This document shows positions 1 to 10,920 of a DNA stretch of 64,000 bases, in pieces (the stretch's first letter is position 1; each line of letters opens with the position of its first letter). This stretch comes from Chitinophaga pinensis (GTDB lineage Bacteria > Bacteroidota > Bacteroidia > AKYH767-A > OLB10), in NCBI GenBank assembly GCA_943332105.1, contig CALQOD010000001.1, positions 79,014-143,013 of the forward strand, given 5' to 3'. The notes below the pieces were generated by a model. That model searched no databases, was not told the DNA's origin, and saw only the letters and a list, made by a program, of their open reading frames with translations. The position numbers and the translations under genes were made by a program.

Positions 1-747
1 AACGTCCATTTCTTCCAGCTTGAGAGTATCGAAACTTAAATTGTTTTCGATGATTTTTTCTTCCATAAATTGAAAGCGCCGAATAAACTTCTTATTGGTA
101 CGTTCTAAAGCTTCTTCAGGATTGATATTTTTAAATCTTGCATAATTCACAAGTGCAAACAACAAATCACCGAATTCATCCTCTGCCATTTTTTGATCGC
201 CCTTCTCTAACTCTATTTTAAACTCATTCAATTCTTCTTCAACTTTCTCAAATACCTGCTCTTCTTTTTCCCAATCAAAGCCAACCGCACGTGCCTTTTC
301 TTGAATGCGCATCGATTTGATTAAGGCAGGTAATGATGTGGGAACACCTCCTAAAACCGATTTATTACCTTCCTTTAATTTTAATTTCTCCCAGTTTTGA
401 ATTACCTCTAAATCGTCCAGTACTTTTACATCACCATAAATATGTGGATGACGATGAATTAATTTATCACATATTCCATTGATCACATCTGCAATATCAA
501 ACTCATTGGTTTCAGAGGCGATTTTAGAATAAAATACAATATGTAAAAGGACATCACCGAGCTCTTTTTTGACTTCAAGCATATCTTTTTCCATGATTGC
601 ATCCGTTAACTCATATACCTCTTCGATTGTAAGATGGCGCAGCGACTGGATAGTTTGTTTTTTATCCCACGGACATTGCGACCTTAATTCATCCATAATA
701 ACTAATAATCGTTCAAAAGCGGCTTTTTTCTCTTCAATACTGTGCAT
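1..747 (-). CDS. mazG: Nucleoside triphosphate pyrophosphohydrolase MazG (C-terminus lies beyond the window edge)
   Basis: The minus-strand translation reads MHSIEEKKAAFERLLVIMDELRSQCPWDKKQTIQSL...EELNEFKIELEKGD, the tandem MazG-domain signature. ATG is at complement 747-745; the reading frame runs off the left edge. Confidence 0.8.
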   Translation of the reverse strand, partial: MHSIEEKKAAFERLLVIMDELRSQCPWDKKQTIQSLRHLTIEEVYELTDAIMEKDMLEVKKELGDVLLHIVFYSKIASETNEFDIADVINGICDKLIHRHPHIYGDVKVLDDLEVIQNWEKLKLKEGNKSVLGGVPTSLPALIKSMRIQEKARAVGFDWEKEEQVFEKVEEELNEFKIELEKGDQKMAEDEFGDLLFALVNYARFKNINPEEALERTNKKFIRRFQFMEEKIIENNLSFDTLKLEEMDV

Positions 748-798
748 GCGGCAAAGGTAATAATTAAGTGAATAGTTGTACTTTTGCTTATTAATTCC

Positions 799-1875
799 AT
801 GAAAAGAATCCATCCTCTTTTGTTTTTAAATTTAATTGCAATTGCTGGTTTTTCTCAAACTACTAAAAGTTGGGCGATTAACGCAAAATTAGGTGATGGA
901 TTTATTGTAGCCCATCGCCCATCGGTTGTGCAGGTACTTCAAAAGCATTGTCGTAGTTTTGAACTTGATTACACTTTGAAAACTCAAAGCAGAAAAGGAT
1001 GGGAAGAATTATATAACTTTCCAGAAATCGGATTCGGATATCAATATTTTAATTTAGGGAATCCTTCTGAATTAGGAATCGCTCAAGGAATTTTTGGATT
1101 GATTAACTTTAAACTAACTAATCACAATTCCAATTTTTTACATTCTCATATTGGATTAGGTATTGGTTATGTAACAAAAACATTTAACACAATTGATAAT
1201 TATAAAACCCTTTTAGTTGGATCAAAAATCAATGCGACTATTACAACAGGTATTGAATATAATTTTAATTTATCAAAAAAAACAGAAATTACAACAGGTA
1301 TTAACTTTACTCATTATAGCAATGGGTCAAGTAAAGTCCCTAATATGGGTATAAATTTAGCATTTATAAATGTGGGGTTAATTTATAAGATTATCTCAAC
1401 ACCAGTAATCTATAAAGAAGCTATTACTTTACAAAGAGAAAAATATTTTGAAGTTTTGATTGCTGGAGCAGTGAAACAAATATACCCTCCCAACAGCCCG
1501 ACATACGGAGTTGCAATTTTAACTGCCGATTATATTAAACCAATAAAAAACAAATCGCTAATCACAACCGGTTTTGATGCATATGTTGATGGCTCTCATA
1601 AAAACTACTTGCTGCAAGATTCTTTATTTACGAGTGGAATAGGAAGTGTCCTTCGCAGCGGAATTCATATAGGATATGGATTGTCGGTTGGTAAATGTAC
1701 TGGAATTTTAGAGGCAGGTTATTATTTTTACAACCCGCATGAAATTGATGGTTTAATTTTTAATACGCTTTCATTTCGTTATCATATAAATAATCACTTA
1801 TTTGCTTGTTTCAATTTAAAGGCTCACTATGGCAGGGCGGACTATTTTCAATATGGATTCGGTTATCACTTTTAA
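799..1875 (+). CDS. Outer-membrane beta-barrel protein, acyloxyacyl hydrolase / lipid A deacylase (PagL)-like family
   Basis: Signal peptide MKRIHPLLFLNLIAIAGFSQ. The sequence is rich in G/Y/N/T and has alternating beta-strand patterns. It ends in a C-terminal Phe (YGFGYHF), as expected for an OMP barrel. Confidence 0.45.
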   Translation: MKRIHPLLFLNLIAIAGFSQTTKSWAINAKLGDGFIVAHRPSVVQVLQKHCRSFELDYTLKTQSRKGWEELYNFPEIGFGYQYFNLGNPSELGIAQGIFGLINFKLTNHNSNFLHSHIGLGIGYVTKTFNTIDNYKTLLVGSKINATITTGIEYNFNLSKKTEITTGINFTHYSNGSSKVPNMGINLAFINVGLIYKIISTPVIYKEAITLQREKYFEVLIAGAVKQIYPPNSPTYGVAILTADYIKPIKNKSLITTGFDAYVDGSHKNYLLQDSLFTSGIGSVLRSGIHIGYGLSVGKCTGILEAGYYFYNPHEIDGLIFNTLSFRYHINNHLFACFNLKAHYGRADYFQYGFGYHF

Positions 1876-2599
1876 GAAAATACTACAGCTTCTTTTCCTA
1901 CTTAGCCTAATAACGAGCTGTGAGAAGATTTGTGATTGCGCCAAAAGCACCGGCGAAATTACTTCAGAGTACAGAAGTACTAACTTTTTTAATCAAATCG
2001 AGCTGTATAACAACATTGACCTTGTAATACATATTGATTCAACACCTAAATTAAAAATCACTGCTGGAAAAAATCTGATTTCAGAAATTACAACTGAAAA
2101 TGAAAATGGGATTTTGAAAATCAGAAACAAGAATAATTGCAACTGGACGAGAGATTTCAATACAACCACTATTGTAGAAGTATGGACACCCTCTTTAAAC
2201 AATTTACTATCACAAGACGGAAGTGGCGATATTTATTTTGCAGACAGCTTATACTGTAATCCATTTTTTTTCGACAGTTATAGCAGCACAGGATTGTTTC
2301 ATTTTAAACTAAAAGGAATAGAGGCTCATTTAACTATCAATACAGGACCCGCAGATATTACAGCGACTGGAGTTGTAAACAACTTTTATTTGTACGGTGC
2401 AGGGTATGGCAAGTTAGATTGTGTAAATTTGCACTCCGATTACGTTTACGTTACAAACAAAGGTACCAACGATTGTTATGTTAATGCTCAATTGTTAATC
2501 GATGCACAGATTTACGGAGCTGGAAATATTTATTACAAAGGAAATCCAGCATCGATAGTTAAAAAAGAATTAGGAAAAGGTAAATTAATCTCATTATAG
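1853..2599 (+). CDS. DUF2807 / head GIN domain lipoprotein (putative adhesin-like beta-helix protein)
   Basis: Lipoprotein signal LLFLLSLITSCEK. Repeated G-x-G-D-I-Y / YGAGNIYYKGNP motifs are typical of the DUF2807 (GIN) family. Confidence 0.5.
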   Translation: MDSVITFKKILQLLFLLSLITSCEKICDCAKSTGEITSEYRSTNFFNQIELYNNIDLVIHIDSTPKLKITAGKNLISEITTENENGILKIRNKNNCNWTRDFNTTTIVEVWTPSLNNLLSQDGSGDIYFADSLYCNPFFFDSYSSTGLFHFKLKGIEAHLTINTGPADITATGVVNNFYLYGAGYGKLDCVNLHSDYVYVTNKGTNDCYVNAQLLIDAQIYGAGNIYYKGNPASIVKKELGKGKLISL

Positions 2600-2603
2600 C
2601 AAC

Positions 2604-4532
2604 GTGTTAGTACTACAAAATATTTTATTCGAATTTGGTTCTCGTATTTTATACAGTGACTTGAACTGGCATATAAAACCCAACGAAAAAATTGGTCTTA
2701 TTGGTGCCAATGGAACAGGCAAATCAACACTTCTTCGTGTTATCAGTGGTGAATACAGTCCTTCAGCCGGCAATATTTCCAAAAGAAACGATCTTGTTCT
2801 AGGCTTTCTGAATCAGGATTTACTAAGCTACTTATCAGAAAAATCAATTCTGGATGTAGCTATGGAAGCCTTTGAAAGGGCCAATGAATTGCATCTGGAA
2901 ATTGAACAATGTCTGAAAGAATTAGAGCACGACTATTCTGAATCGTTACTTGACCGTTTGCATAAAGCACAGATTGAATATGATAATTTAGATGGCTATT
3001 CTTTACAACATAAATCAGAAGCGATACTAGAAGGTTTAGGTTTCTCAACAGCTGACTTATCAAGACCTTTGAAAGAGTTTTCTGGTGGGTGGAGAATGCG
3101 AGTAATGTTGGCAAAAACTTTACTAAGAAAACCTAACTTACTGCTTCTAGATGAGCCTACCAACCATCTCGACTTGCCTTCGATCCAATGGTTAGAGGAG
3201 TATTTAAAACAATATGAAGGTACGGTAGTAATTGTATCCCATGACCGATATTTTCTAGATAAAATTGTTAATCGCATTGTAGAAATTGAACATCAAAAAA
3301 TAACTATTTATACAGGCGACTACACCCACTTCCTAGAAGAAAAAGCAGATCGTCAGGAGTTGCAGGCCAATCAGTTTAGGAACCAGGAAAAATACATCAA
3401 AGAACAAGAACGATTTATTGAAAGATTTAAAGCCAAAGCATCAAAAGCGAGTGCTGCTCAGTCAAGAATGAAAGCTCTTGAGAAATTAGAAAGAGTTGAA
3501 GCGGTGGAAGGTCCCTCAGCTGCTATTAGAGTGCGCTTTGCAGTAGATAAAAATCCTGGTAAAGTTCTACAGAAACTAGAAATAGAAGACAAGCGCTATG
3601 GCAATCAAGTAATATTTCATCATGCACATGCGGAAGTTACTCGAGGAGATAAAATCGCTTTTGTTGGAGCAAACGGAAAAGGTAAATCGACTTTACTTCG
3701 AATGATTTCTGGAACAGAACAATTTGAAGGAAAGGCAGAACCTGGCTATAATGTTGTCACAAGTTTTTATGCGCAGCATCAATTAGAATCTTTAAATAAA
3801 GAAGCTACTGCACTTGAAGAATTGCAAACATTCGCACCAGAAGAATCTGATACTTATCTAAGATCATTATTGGGTGCATTCTTATTAAAGGGTGATGAAG
3901 TATTTAAAAAGATCAAAGTGTTATCAGGTGGAGAAAGAGCCCGAGTAGCACTAGCAAAAACAATATTAGCTAAAGCAAATTTTTTACTACTTGATGAGCC
4001 CACTAATCACCTCGATATGCAAAGTGTTAATGTATTGGTGGATGTACTTAACAGTTACGAAGGATCTTATGTAGTTGTGTCCCATGACCGATACTTCTTA
4101 TCACGAATTGCAAATAAAATCTGGTATATAGATCAACATCAATTAAAAGAATACCCAGGAACTTATAGCGAGTATGATCAATATCTTGAGTTAAGAAAAT
4201 CTAAAGAAAAGGAACTGGGAAAAAGCAAAAACACGCTTTCGAAAAACGAAAAAAAAGAGCTTAAGGAGCAGAAAGAAGAAAAAGCAAACAACTCAACCAA
4301 TAAAAAAGAAAAGCAAAAGCTAGAACAGAAAGCAAAAAAAATAGAAGAACAAATCAATTTACTTAAACAAAAAATTGAAGAGTTAAATTTAAAAATGAGT
4401 CAGCCCGACACATTAAAAAATGTAGATTCGATTAAGGATTTACAAGAAAAATCGAATGAAGTAGCAAAAGAAATCAACACCTTAACAACGGAATGGGAGT
4501 CAATTTACGAGCAATTATTAGTAGAAAATTAA
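2604..4532 (+). CDS. ABC-F family ATPase (Uup/YbiT-like, two ABC domains, no TMD) with Lys/Glu-rich C-terminal coiled coil
   Basis: Two Walker A motifs (GANGTGKST and GANGKGKST), two signature motifs (LSGGWRMR, LSGGERAR) and two Walker B motifs (LLLDEPTNHLD). A charged C-terminal tail of about 110 aa follows. GTG start at 2604. Confidence 0.85.
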   Translation: MLVLQNILFEFGSRILYSDLNWHIKPNEKIGLIGANGTGKSTLLRVISGEYSPSAGNISKRNDLVLGFLNQDLLSYLSEKSILDVAMEAFERANELHLEIEQCLKELEHDYSESLLDRLHKAQIEYDNLDGYSLQHKSEAILEGLGFSTADLSRPLKEFSGGWRMRVMLAKTLLRKPNLLLLDEPTNHLDLPSIQWLEEYLKQYEGTVVIVSHDRYFLDKIVNRIVEIEHQKITIYTGDYTHFLEEKADRQELQANQFRNQEKYIKEQERFIERFKAKASKASAAQSRMKALEKLERVEAVEGPSAAIRVRFAVDKNPGKVLQKLEIEDKRYGNQVIFHHAHAEVTRGDKIAFVGANGKGKSTLLRMISGTEQFEGKAEPGYNVVTSFYAQHQLESLNKEATALEELQTFAPEESDTYLRSLLGAFLLKGDEVFKKIKVLSGGERARVALAKTILAKANFLLLDEPTNHLDMQSVNVLVDVLNSYEGSYVVVSHDRYFLSRIANKIWYIDQHQLKEYPGTYSEYDQYLELRKSKEKELGKSKNTLSKNEKKELKEQKEEKANNSTNKKEKQKLEQKAKKIEEQINLLKQKIEELNLKMSQPDTLKNVDSIKDLQEKSNEVAKEINTLTTEWESIYEQLLVEN

Positions 4533-5797
4533 TTCTTTCGCTTTCAATCTCAATTATTTCTATGAGTAGTATTGCGCAAACAATCTCTGCCGATACAATC
4601 TTGTTTGAAAATAAAATTTTTGATGAATCATTCAAAACTATTATACTTTCTGCCGAAGGGAATAATTTTACTGAACCCGTTTTACTATTGAATTCAAATG
4701 ATAAAATTAAACTTCAGTTTGATGACTTAAGTGATGAAGTAAAAGAATTGAGCTTTACTATTATTCATTACGACAGAAATGGTAAAAAAAGCTTGTTAAC
4801 CGAAAGCGACTATTTAAAAGGATTTTATTTTGACCATATTACAAATTACAAAAACTCATTTAATACGATTCAAAATTATTTTCATTACGAGCTAACATTT
4901 CCAAATGAAAACATCCAACCGATCATTTCAGGAAATTATCTTTTAGTTGTTTACGACAATGCAAATACAGAAAAGATTTATCTGACTCAACGTTTCTGGA
5001 TAACAGAAAACAACGCATCAATAACAGCTTCGATACACAGAGCTAATGATATTGAATTACGAAATACACATCAAGAAGTTGATACTAAAGTCAATACAGG
5101 ATCCTGTAAAATCAACAACCCATACGAAGACAGTAAATTAGTAATAGTACAAAACAATAATTTCTATAATGCTATTTCGGATTTAAAACCGGTATACATA
5201 GTAGACAAAGAATGGGACTATAATTATGATCTAGAAAACACTTTCTGGGGAGGAAATGAATTTAGAAACTTCGACACAAGGAGTTTTAAATTCTTAACTG
5301 AATTTGTTGACCATATTCAGACTGACTCATTAAATAATTTATCAAGCATTTATTTAAAAAAAGAAATCAAAAAGAACACACAACGTTATGCTGTGTCAGA
5401 TGATATTAACGGAAAATTTTTGATTAAAATTTACGAAGGACGTGACGCTACTTTGGAAGGCGATTACGGTTATGTGAATTTCAACTTACCGGTAATTGAA
5501 AAATTAGATAGCAGTGATGTTTACTTGTATGGTGAAATATCTAACTGGCAATTTTCGCCAGCTTTTAAAATGAATTACATTGATGAATGTGGTTGCTATC
5601 AAAAGACATTATTATGTAAACAAGGATACTACAACTATTTGTATTTTGTGAAAGAGAATGAACCAATAAATTATTCTCCGCTGTTAATAGAAGGATCTCA
5701 TTTTGAAACCAAGAACAACTATCAGCTCTTTTTCTATACAAGTGATATTAACAGCCGTTACGACCACCTTTCAGGATATTTAAACACCGACAATTAA
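4493..5797 (+). CDS. Conserved Bacteroidetes secreted hypothetical protein (possibly DUF5103-like)
   Basis: 434-aa ORF with an N-terminal signal-like segment LILSLSISIISMSSIAQ. Its start overlaps the ABC-F stop by 40 nt. No catalytic motifs recognised. Confidence 0.35.
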   Translation: MGVNLRAIISRKLILSLSISIISMSSIAQTISADTILFENKIFDESFKTIILSAEGNNFTEPVLLLNSNDKIKLQFDDLSDEVKELSFTIIHYDRNGKKSLLTESDYLKGFYFDHITNYKNSFNTIQNYFHYELTFPNENIQPIISGNYLLVVYDNANTEKIYLTQRFWITENNASITASIHRANDIELRNTHQEVDTKVNTGSCKINNPYEDSKLVIVQNNNFYNAISDLKPVYIVDKEWDYNYDLENTFWGGNEFRNFDTRSFKFLTEFVDHIQTDSLNNLSSIYLKKEIKKNTQRYAVSDDINGKFLIKIYEGRDATLEGDYGYVNFNLPVIEKLDSSDVYLYGEISNWQFSPAFKMNYIDECGCYQKTLLCKQGYYNYLYFVKENEPINYSPLLIEGSHFETKNNYQLFFYTSDINSRYDHLSGYLNTDN

Positions 5798-5911
5798 TTT
5801 TCACCCACTAATTATTTCATTAGCCTCCATAATCAGTCACTTTGTCAAATTTTGACGAGAACTATTAATTAAGATGCTATTTTTGGTGAACCTAAAATTG
5901 ACCATCATTAC

Positions 5912-6304
5912 ATGAATATATTTACAGAAGTTACAGCAGGCATAAAAGTTAGTGTAGAAACATTTTATCAACCAACACATAGCACCCCAGGTTTTAGTCA
6001 ATATGTATTTGCTTATCGTATTTCAATAACCAACGATAGCGAACATGATGTTCGTTTGAAGAAACGGCATTGGCATATTATAGGTTCAGACAACTCTCAC
6101 CGAGAAGTAGAAGGCGACGGTGTAGTTGGCGAGCAGCCATTTATTGCTCCGGGAGAAACGTATCGTTATGTATCTGGATGTAATTTAAATACAGAAATAG
6201 GAAAAATGTACGGAACCTACTTAATGGAAAGAATTACAGATAATAAACTTTTTTTTGTAAAAATTCCTGAATTTAAAATGGTGGTACCATCAAGATTAAA
6301 CTGA
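5912..6304 (+). CDS. apaG: ApaG (DUF525) protein
   Basis: 130 aa. Matches ApaG family length and motifs (GFSQYVFAYRISITN...HWHIIGSDNSHREVEGDGVVGEQP). Confidence 0.8.
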   Translation: MNIFTEVTAGIKVSVETFYQPTHSTPGFSQYVFAYRISITNDSEHDVRLKKRHWHIIGSDNSHREVEGDGVVGEQPFIAPGETYRYVSGCNLNTEIGKMYGTYLMERITDNKLFFVKIPEFKMVVPSRLN

Positions 6305-6343
6305 CATTCAACAAGCAGTTAACCAAGTCCCCTGGAATTATTT

Positions 6344-7105
6344 TCAGGGGTTATTTTTTCTAGCGTATTCACTACAAACTATTCCTGCAGTAACTGCAAC
6401 ATTCAGCGATTCAGCTTTACTCCTGCCATTATCAGGTCGTGGGATATGAATCCCTTTCGTTATAAAACTATTTAAAATAGGATTAACCCCTTTACTTTCG
6501 TTGCCTAAAACAATAAAACAATTAGATTCTAAATGAGAATTGTAAATACTTTCTCCTTCAAGAAAAGTAGCATATACAGGCCATTTAGTATTATCAATAT
6601 TCTTAACCAATACATCAATCAAAGAGCTATAATGTATTTTTAAGTTAAATAAACTTCCCATTGTAGATTGAATAACCTTGGGATTAAAAACATCTGCAGT
6701 ATCAGGAGAACAAATTACGGATTGCACACCAAACCAGTCAGCGATTCGAAGAATAGTTCCTAAATTACCAGGATCTTGAATATGATCCAATAACAAATGT
6801 ATTCCTGGCTCAAGATTAGGAACAGGCCCAGTTACAGCAGGCATTTCAACAACTGCTATTACTTTATTTGGAGTCTGTAGTCCACTCACCTTCTCCATTT
6901 CGCTATTTGAAATAATCTCTAAAGGAACTTTAATATTTAACTCAGGATTCCATGCATCTACAGCGTAAATGTTTTTTACAACAAATGAAGATTTTAATGC
7001 TTCACTAACCATTTTAGGACCTTCAATAATAAACAATCCTTCTTGATTACGGAATTTCTTTTGCTGTAAAGACCGTAAAAAACTTATCGTTGATTTGGAT
7101 GCCAT
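6344..7105 (-). CDS. TrmH/SpoU-family RNA 2'-O-methyltransferase (RlmB-like)
   Basis: SpoU methylase motifs (LLLDHIQDPGNLGTILRIADWFGV and VLGNESKGV...AESLNVAVTAGI). Likely start is MASKSTISF, with the ATG at complement 7105-7103. Confidence 0.75.
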   Translation of the reverse strand: MASKSTISFLRSLQQKKFRNQEGLFIIEGPKMVSEALKSSFVVKNIYAVDAWNPELNIKVPLEIISNSEMEKVSGLQTPNKVIAVVEMPAVTGPVPNLEPGIHLLLDHIQDPGNLGTILRIADWFGVQSVICSPDTADVFNPKVIQSTMGSLFNLKIHYSSLIDVLVKNIDNTKWPVYATFLEGESIYNSHLESNCFIVLGNESKGVNPILNSFITKGIHIPRPDNGRSKAESLNVAVTAGIVCSEYARKNNP

Positions 7106-7147
7106 TAGAATTATTCTTTCGTTTAATATTGTATTTTTACCATTGAA

Positions 7148-9475
7148 ATGAAAAGTCACCAAGACAATCTTCGGCAAATAGTCATTTTTTCTATATTATC
7201 AATTTTGATTCTATCCGGATGTTCCGCTACCAAAAGTGTCCCTGATGGTCAATACTTGCTTTGTAAAAATACAATTAAAACCGACAGACCGGAATTAAAA
7301 GAAAATTTTAATGCCGTTATAAAACAAAAACCAAACAGAAAAATTTTTGGTTTTATTAGATTTCATTTAAGTGTATACAATTTTGCATTTGGTGGTAAGC
7401 AAAATAAATTCAACAACTGGTTAAAAAATACGGTTGGCGAAGAACCTGTATTAATAGACACCGCTAAAGTCACTAAATCAAGTGAGCAACTACTTACCTT
7501 GTTTCAAAATAATGGATTCTTTGATGCGGCTGCAAAAGACTCAATTTATTTTTACAAGAAAAAAGCCGTTGCATTTTATATACTCGAGGGGAAAAAACCA
7601 TATGACTTTTTAAAAATAAAATATGATATAGCTGATACATCAGTAAAGAGTCTCGTTTTAAGAAATGATTCACTCTCACTAATACATAATGGCAATCGCT
7701 ATTCATCCGTAACTTTACAAAAAGAACGGGATCGCATAACTGCTTTACTAAGAAATTATGGGTACGCAGCATTTAACAATCAGTATATCAAATTTTTGGT
7801 TGATACGGGATTTAAATCAAACAAAGCGGAAGTCACACTGGTAATTTCTAATCCAAATGCTACAGAAGAAGAATTAAAAAACAATATTATACCTTCGCAT
7901 CATATAGGGATTAATAAAAGCATTAGTGTAGAAATGGAATATGAACCGATTGATATAAATCGGAAAAAAATCAATGATAGTATTATATTTAATAACTACA
8001 CTTTTTATCCAAATGAAGATTCAATATTCCTTTATAAATTTAATCGATTAACAGACCATATTTACATTACCCCTAACTCACTTTACTCGCAAGAAAATAT
8101 TGATTTAACCTATCAACGACTTGCTGATTTAGGAGTATTCCGTTTTGTAAATATTAAATACGAAAAAATAAAAGAAAGAGACAGTGCTGGAAATGATCAA
8201 TATCGATGTAACATTCTATTATCGCCTCAGATGCGACAATCGTACAAGTTAGAATCAGAAGGAACGAACAGTGGCGGGAACTTAGGTGTTTCTGGAAGTT
8301 TTGTTTATCGAAATAAAAATGTTTTCAAAGGAGCTGAATTATTAGAATTTAAAATTAAAGGCGGACTAGAAATACAGCGATCGCTGACTACAACTGAAAA
8401 TACAAATAATAAATTGGGATTGTTTAATACATTTGAATTTGGTCCCGAGTTAAGCTTAAGTTTCCCGAGAGCCTTATGGCCATTTACAATTAAAAATTCT
8501 AGGAAAGTAAGTAATCCAATAACATCTGTATCGATAGGCTACAATGTACAAAGTCGACCAGAATATTTCAGGCGCCTAGCAAATCTTTCATACTATTATA
8601 CAAAGAGAACATCGAAATACAATCGCTTTTATTTTTATCCTGCCGAGATCAATTATTTGAAAGTTGATTTAGATACTGCATTTCAACGACAATTATTATC
8701 GTACAATAACATCAACTTAATCAACTCCTACACGGACCAGTTAATTATTAATGGACGCTTTAGCTATTTATACAATAATCAGATTGTTGGCAAAGCTGGT
8801 AACTTTACTTTCTTACGCTTTAATATTGAACTAGCTGGTAACTCCTTGTCATTATTACCAACGAGTACATATAAGATATCTGAAACAAATAGCCGCTTAA
8901 TCAGCAATGTTAAATATGCACAATATATAAGACCAGATTTTGATTTAAGATATTATATTAATTTCAACAAAACATCATCGTTGGTAACTCGAATGGCGGT
9001 AGGGCTAGGTTATGCTTATGGCAATTCAAAAGTGGTTCCATTTGAAAAAGCCTTTTATGCAGGTGGGCCAAATGATATCAGAGCATGGAGATCGCGCTCA
9101 TTAGGACCAGGATCTAATGTTACAACAGATTTATTTCAACAATTTGGTGAATTTAAAATAACTGGTAATATTGAATATCGATTCAACCTATATAAATTTA
9201 TTAAAGGAGCTGTATTTACCGATTTGGGCAATGTTTGGCTTCTGAACAACGCGCTTGAAAAACCAGGAGCTACAATACAGTTAAAAACATTTGGTGACGA
9301 GATAGCGTTTGGTTCAGGAGTAGGTCTTCGCGGCGACTTTACATTTTTCATTTTCAGATTAGATGCAGCGCTTAAAATGAAAGACCCCACAAAACCTACT
9401 GGCAGCCGTTGGGTTGCTGGAACCAACGATACGAAGGATATTACATTTAATTTCGGAATTGGCTATCCTTTTTAA
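7148..9475 (+). CDS. BamA/TamA-family (Omp85) outer-membrane protein assembly/translocation factor
   Basis: 775 aa with an N-terminal signal/lipobox (ILSGCSATKS), a POTRA-like region and a C-terminal Omp85 beta-barrel ending in an aromatic residue (IGYPF). Confidence 0.7.
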   Translation: MKSHQDNLRQIVIFSILSILILSGCSATKSVPDGQYLLCKNTIKTDRPELKENFNAVIKQKPNRKIFGFIRFHLSVYNFAFGGKQNKFNNWLKNTVGEEPVLIDTAKVTKSSEQLLTLFQNNGFFDAAAKDSIYFYKKKAVAFYILEGKKPYDFLKIKYDIADTSVKSLVLRNDSLSLIHNGNRYSSVTLQKERDRITALLRNYGYAAFNNQYIKFLVDTGFKSNKAEVTLVISNPNATEEELKNNIIPSHHIGINKSISVEMEYEPIDINRKKINDSIIFNNYTFYPNEDSIFLYKFNRLTDHIYITPNSLYSQENIDLTYQRLADLGVFRFVNIKYEKIKERDSAGNDQYRCNILLSPQMRQSYKLESEGTNSGGNLGVSGSFVYRNKNVFKGAELLEFKIKGGLEIQRSLTTTENTNNKLGLFNTFEFGPELSLSFPRALWPFTIKNSRKVSNPITSVSIGYNVQSRPEYFRRLANLSYYYTKRTSKYNRFYFYPAEINYLKVDLDTAFQRQLLSYNNINLINSYTDQLIINGRFSYLYNNQIVGKAGNFTFLRFNIELAGNSLSLLPTSTYKISETNSRLISNVKYAQYIRPDFDLRYYINFNKTSSLVTRMAVGLGYAYGNSKVVPFEKAFYAGGPNDIRAWRSRSLGPGSNVTTDLFQQFGEFKITGNIEYRFNLYKFIKGAVFTDLGNVWLLNNALEKPGATIQLKTFGDEIAFGSGVGLRGDFTFFIFRLDAALKMKDPTKPTGSRWVAGTNDTKDITFNFGIGYPF

Positions 9476-9730
9476 TTTTATTGCACTTTTCGAAATTCAA
9501 AATACAAGAAGATACATTTAAATCTTACAATCCAAAACTGCAGTTAAAATAACTACTTATATGTAATTACTTCTTATTACTATCAATAAAATCAGACCAT
9601 TTTATAAAAAACCTTACATTTTTAAATAGCTAATTAATGGATATTATATCACATTGTAAGATTTAGGATATTTTGAAAAATTAAACTATAGTTCGGCCTG
9701 TACTTTTATCGCATCAAATAACTCAAACTA

Positions 9731-10876
9731 ATGCATAAAATATTACTTGTAGACGACCGAACTGAAAACCTTTACGCACTGGAAAATATTCTAGCGTGTG
9801 AAAACAGAACAATATTAAAAGCATCATCAGGCGAAGATGCATTAAAAATTGCATTTAGTGAAGATTTGTCTTTAATTCTTCTTGATGTACAAATGCCAGT
9901 GATGGATGGATTTGAAGTTGCGCATTTGCTTAAGCAAACAAACAGAACTAAAAAGACACCTATTTTATTTGTAACTGCAATAAGCAAAGAAAAAAAATAC
10001 ATGCTTAAAGGATATCAAGAAGGTTGCATTGACTATTTATTTAAGCCACTTGACATTGACATCACACAAGCTAAGGTAAACACTCTATTAAAATTTTATG
10101 AACAGCAAAGAGAGTTAGAATTCAAGAATATTGAACTTGCGAAACTTAATCAAGAAAAAAATTATTTCTTAGGTGTAGCATCTCACGACTTAAGAAATCC
10201 AATCGGAAATATAATTTCATTAGTGAACATATTAGAAGATGAATTGAGAGATCAATTAAGCGATGACCTAAGGGAAATGTTGCATATGATGCAAGATTCG
10301 GGAAGAGACATGCTTGAACTATTAAACAATCTTTTAGATGTATCAAAGATTGAATCTGGAAACATGAATCTTAAGTTTAAAAACAATTCCATTGCAGAAA
10401 TAATTCAAAAATCGATTAATGATAATATTCGCACTGCTAATGCAAAACAAATAATATTAGATTATAATATTGCAGACAACTTGCCTAACGTATGTTTCGA
10501 CAGAATTCATTTACAACAAGTATTAAATAATTTAATATCTAATGCTATTAAATTTTCCTTTGGAAATACACATGTAGAAATCAATGTGAGATTAAAGAAA
10601 GAGGAAGTGATAATATCTGTTAAAGACCAAGGGCAAGGAATACCTTCTAATGATATTCACAGAGTATTTTTACCATTTGCGAGAACAAGTGTTTCAAGTA
10701 CTAATGGAGAGAAAAGTACCGGCCTAGGATTAACAATTGCGAAAAGGATTGTTGAAGCGCACGGCGGAAATATCTGGTTAAGCAGCGAGGTAGGAAAAGG
10801 AACAACTTTCTTTTTCAGTCTACCTACGAGGGCTAATCAAAAAGAATTAATACCAATAGAAATATTAAAAAGATAG
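9731..10876 (+). CDS. Hybrid response-regulator / sensor histidine kinase (REC-HisKA-HATPase_c)
   Basis: N-terminal receiver (ILLVDDRTENLYALENIL...LLDVQMPVMDGFEV). H-box (LGVASHDLRNPIGNI). N/G1/G2 boxes (LNNLISNAIKFS, DQGQGIP, GLGLTIAKRIVEAHGG). Confidence 0.85.
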   Translation: MHKILLVDDRTENLYALENILACENRTILKASSGEDALKIAFSEDLSLILLDVQMPVMDGFEVAHLLKQTNRTKKTPILFVTAISKEKKYMLKGYQEGCIDYLFKPLDIDITQAKVNTLLKFYEQQRELEFKNIELAKLNQEKNYFLGVASHDLRNPIGNIISLVNILEDELRDQLSDDLREMLHMMQDSGRDMLELLNNLLDVSKIESGNMNLKFKNNSIAEIIQKSINDNIRTANAKQIILDYNIADNLPNVCFDRIHLQQVLNNLISNAIKFSFGNTHVEINVRLKKEEVIISVKDQGQGIPSNDIHRVFLPFARTSVSSTNGEKSTGLGLTIAKRIVEAHGGNIWLSSEVGKGTTFFFSLPTRANQKELIPIEILKR

Positions 10877-10889
10877 CTGTTTAAATTTG

Positions 10890-10920
10890 AAAAAGAGAAT
10901 CTACGAGGGTGCTCTTTTTT
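10890..10920. terminator. Possible weak bidirectional terminator between the convergent histidine-kinase and paaJ genes
   Basis: aaAAAGAGaatctacgagggtgCTCTTTtttt. A short stem with a long loop, flanked by A/T runs. Confidence 0.25.

Noticed and set aside
569-760. A 63-aa plus-strand ORF at the left edge.
   Set aside because: It lies antisense within the clearly coding minus-strand mazG and has no motif support.
2996-3277. Several 60-110-aa ORFs antisense to large genes (for example 2860-3114, 2996-3277, 13339-13656 and 29702-29899).
   Set aside because: All are embedded opposite well-supported coding regions with strong domain evidence and are low-complexity. They are treated as spurious.
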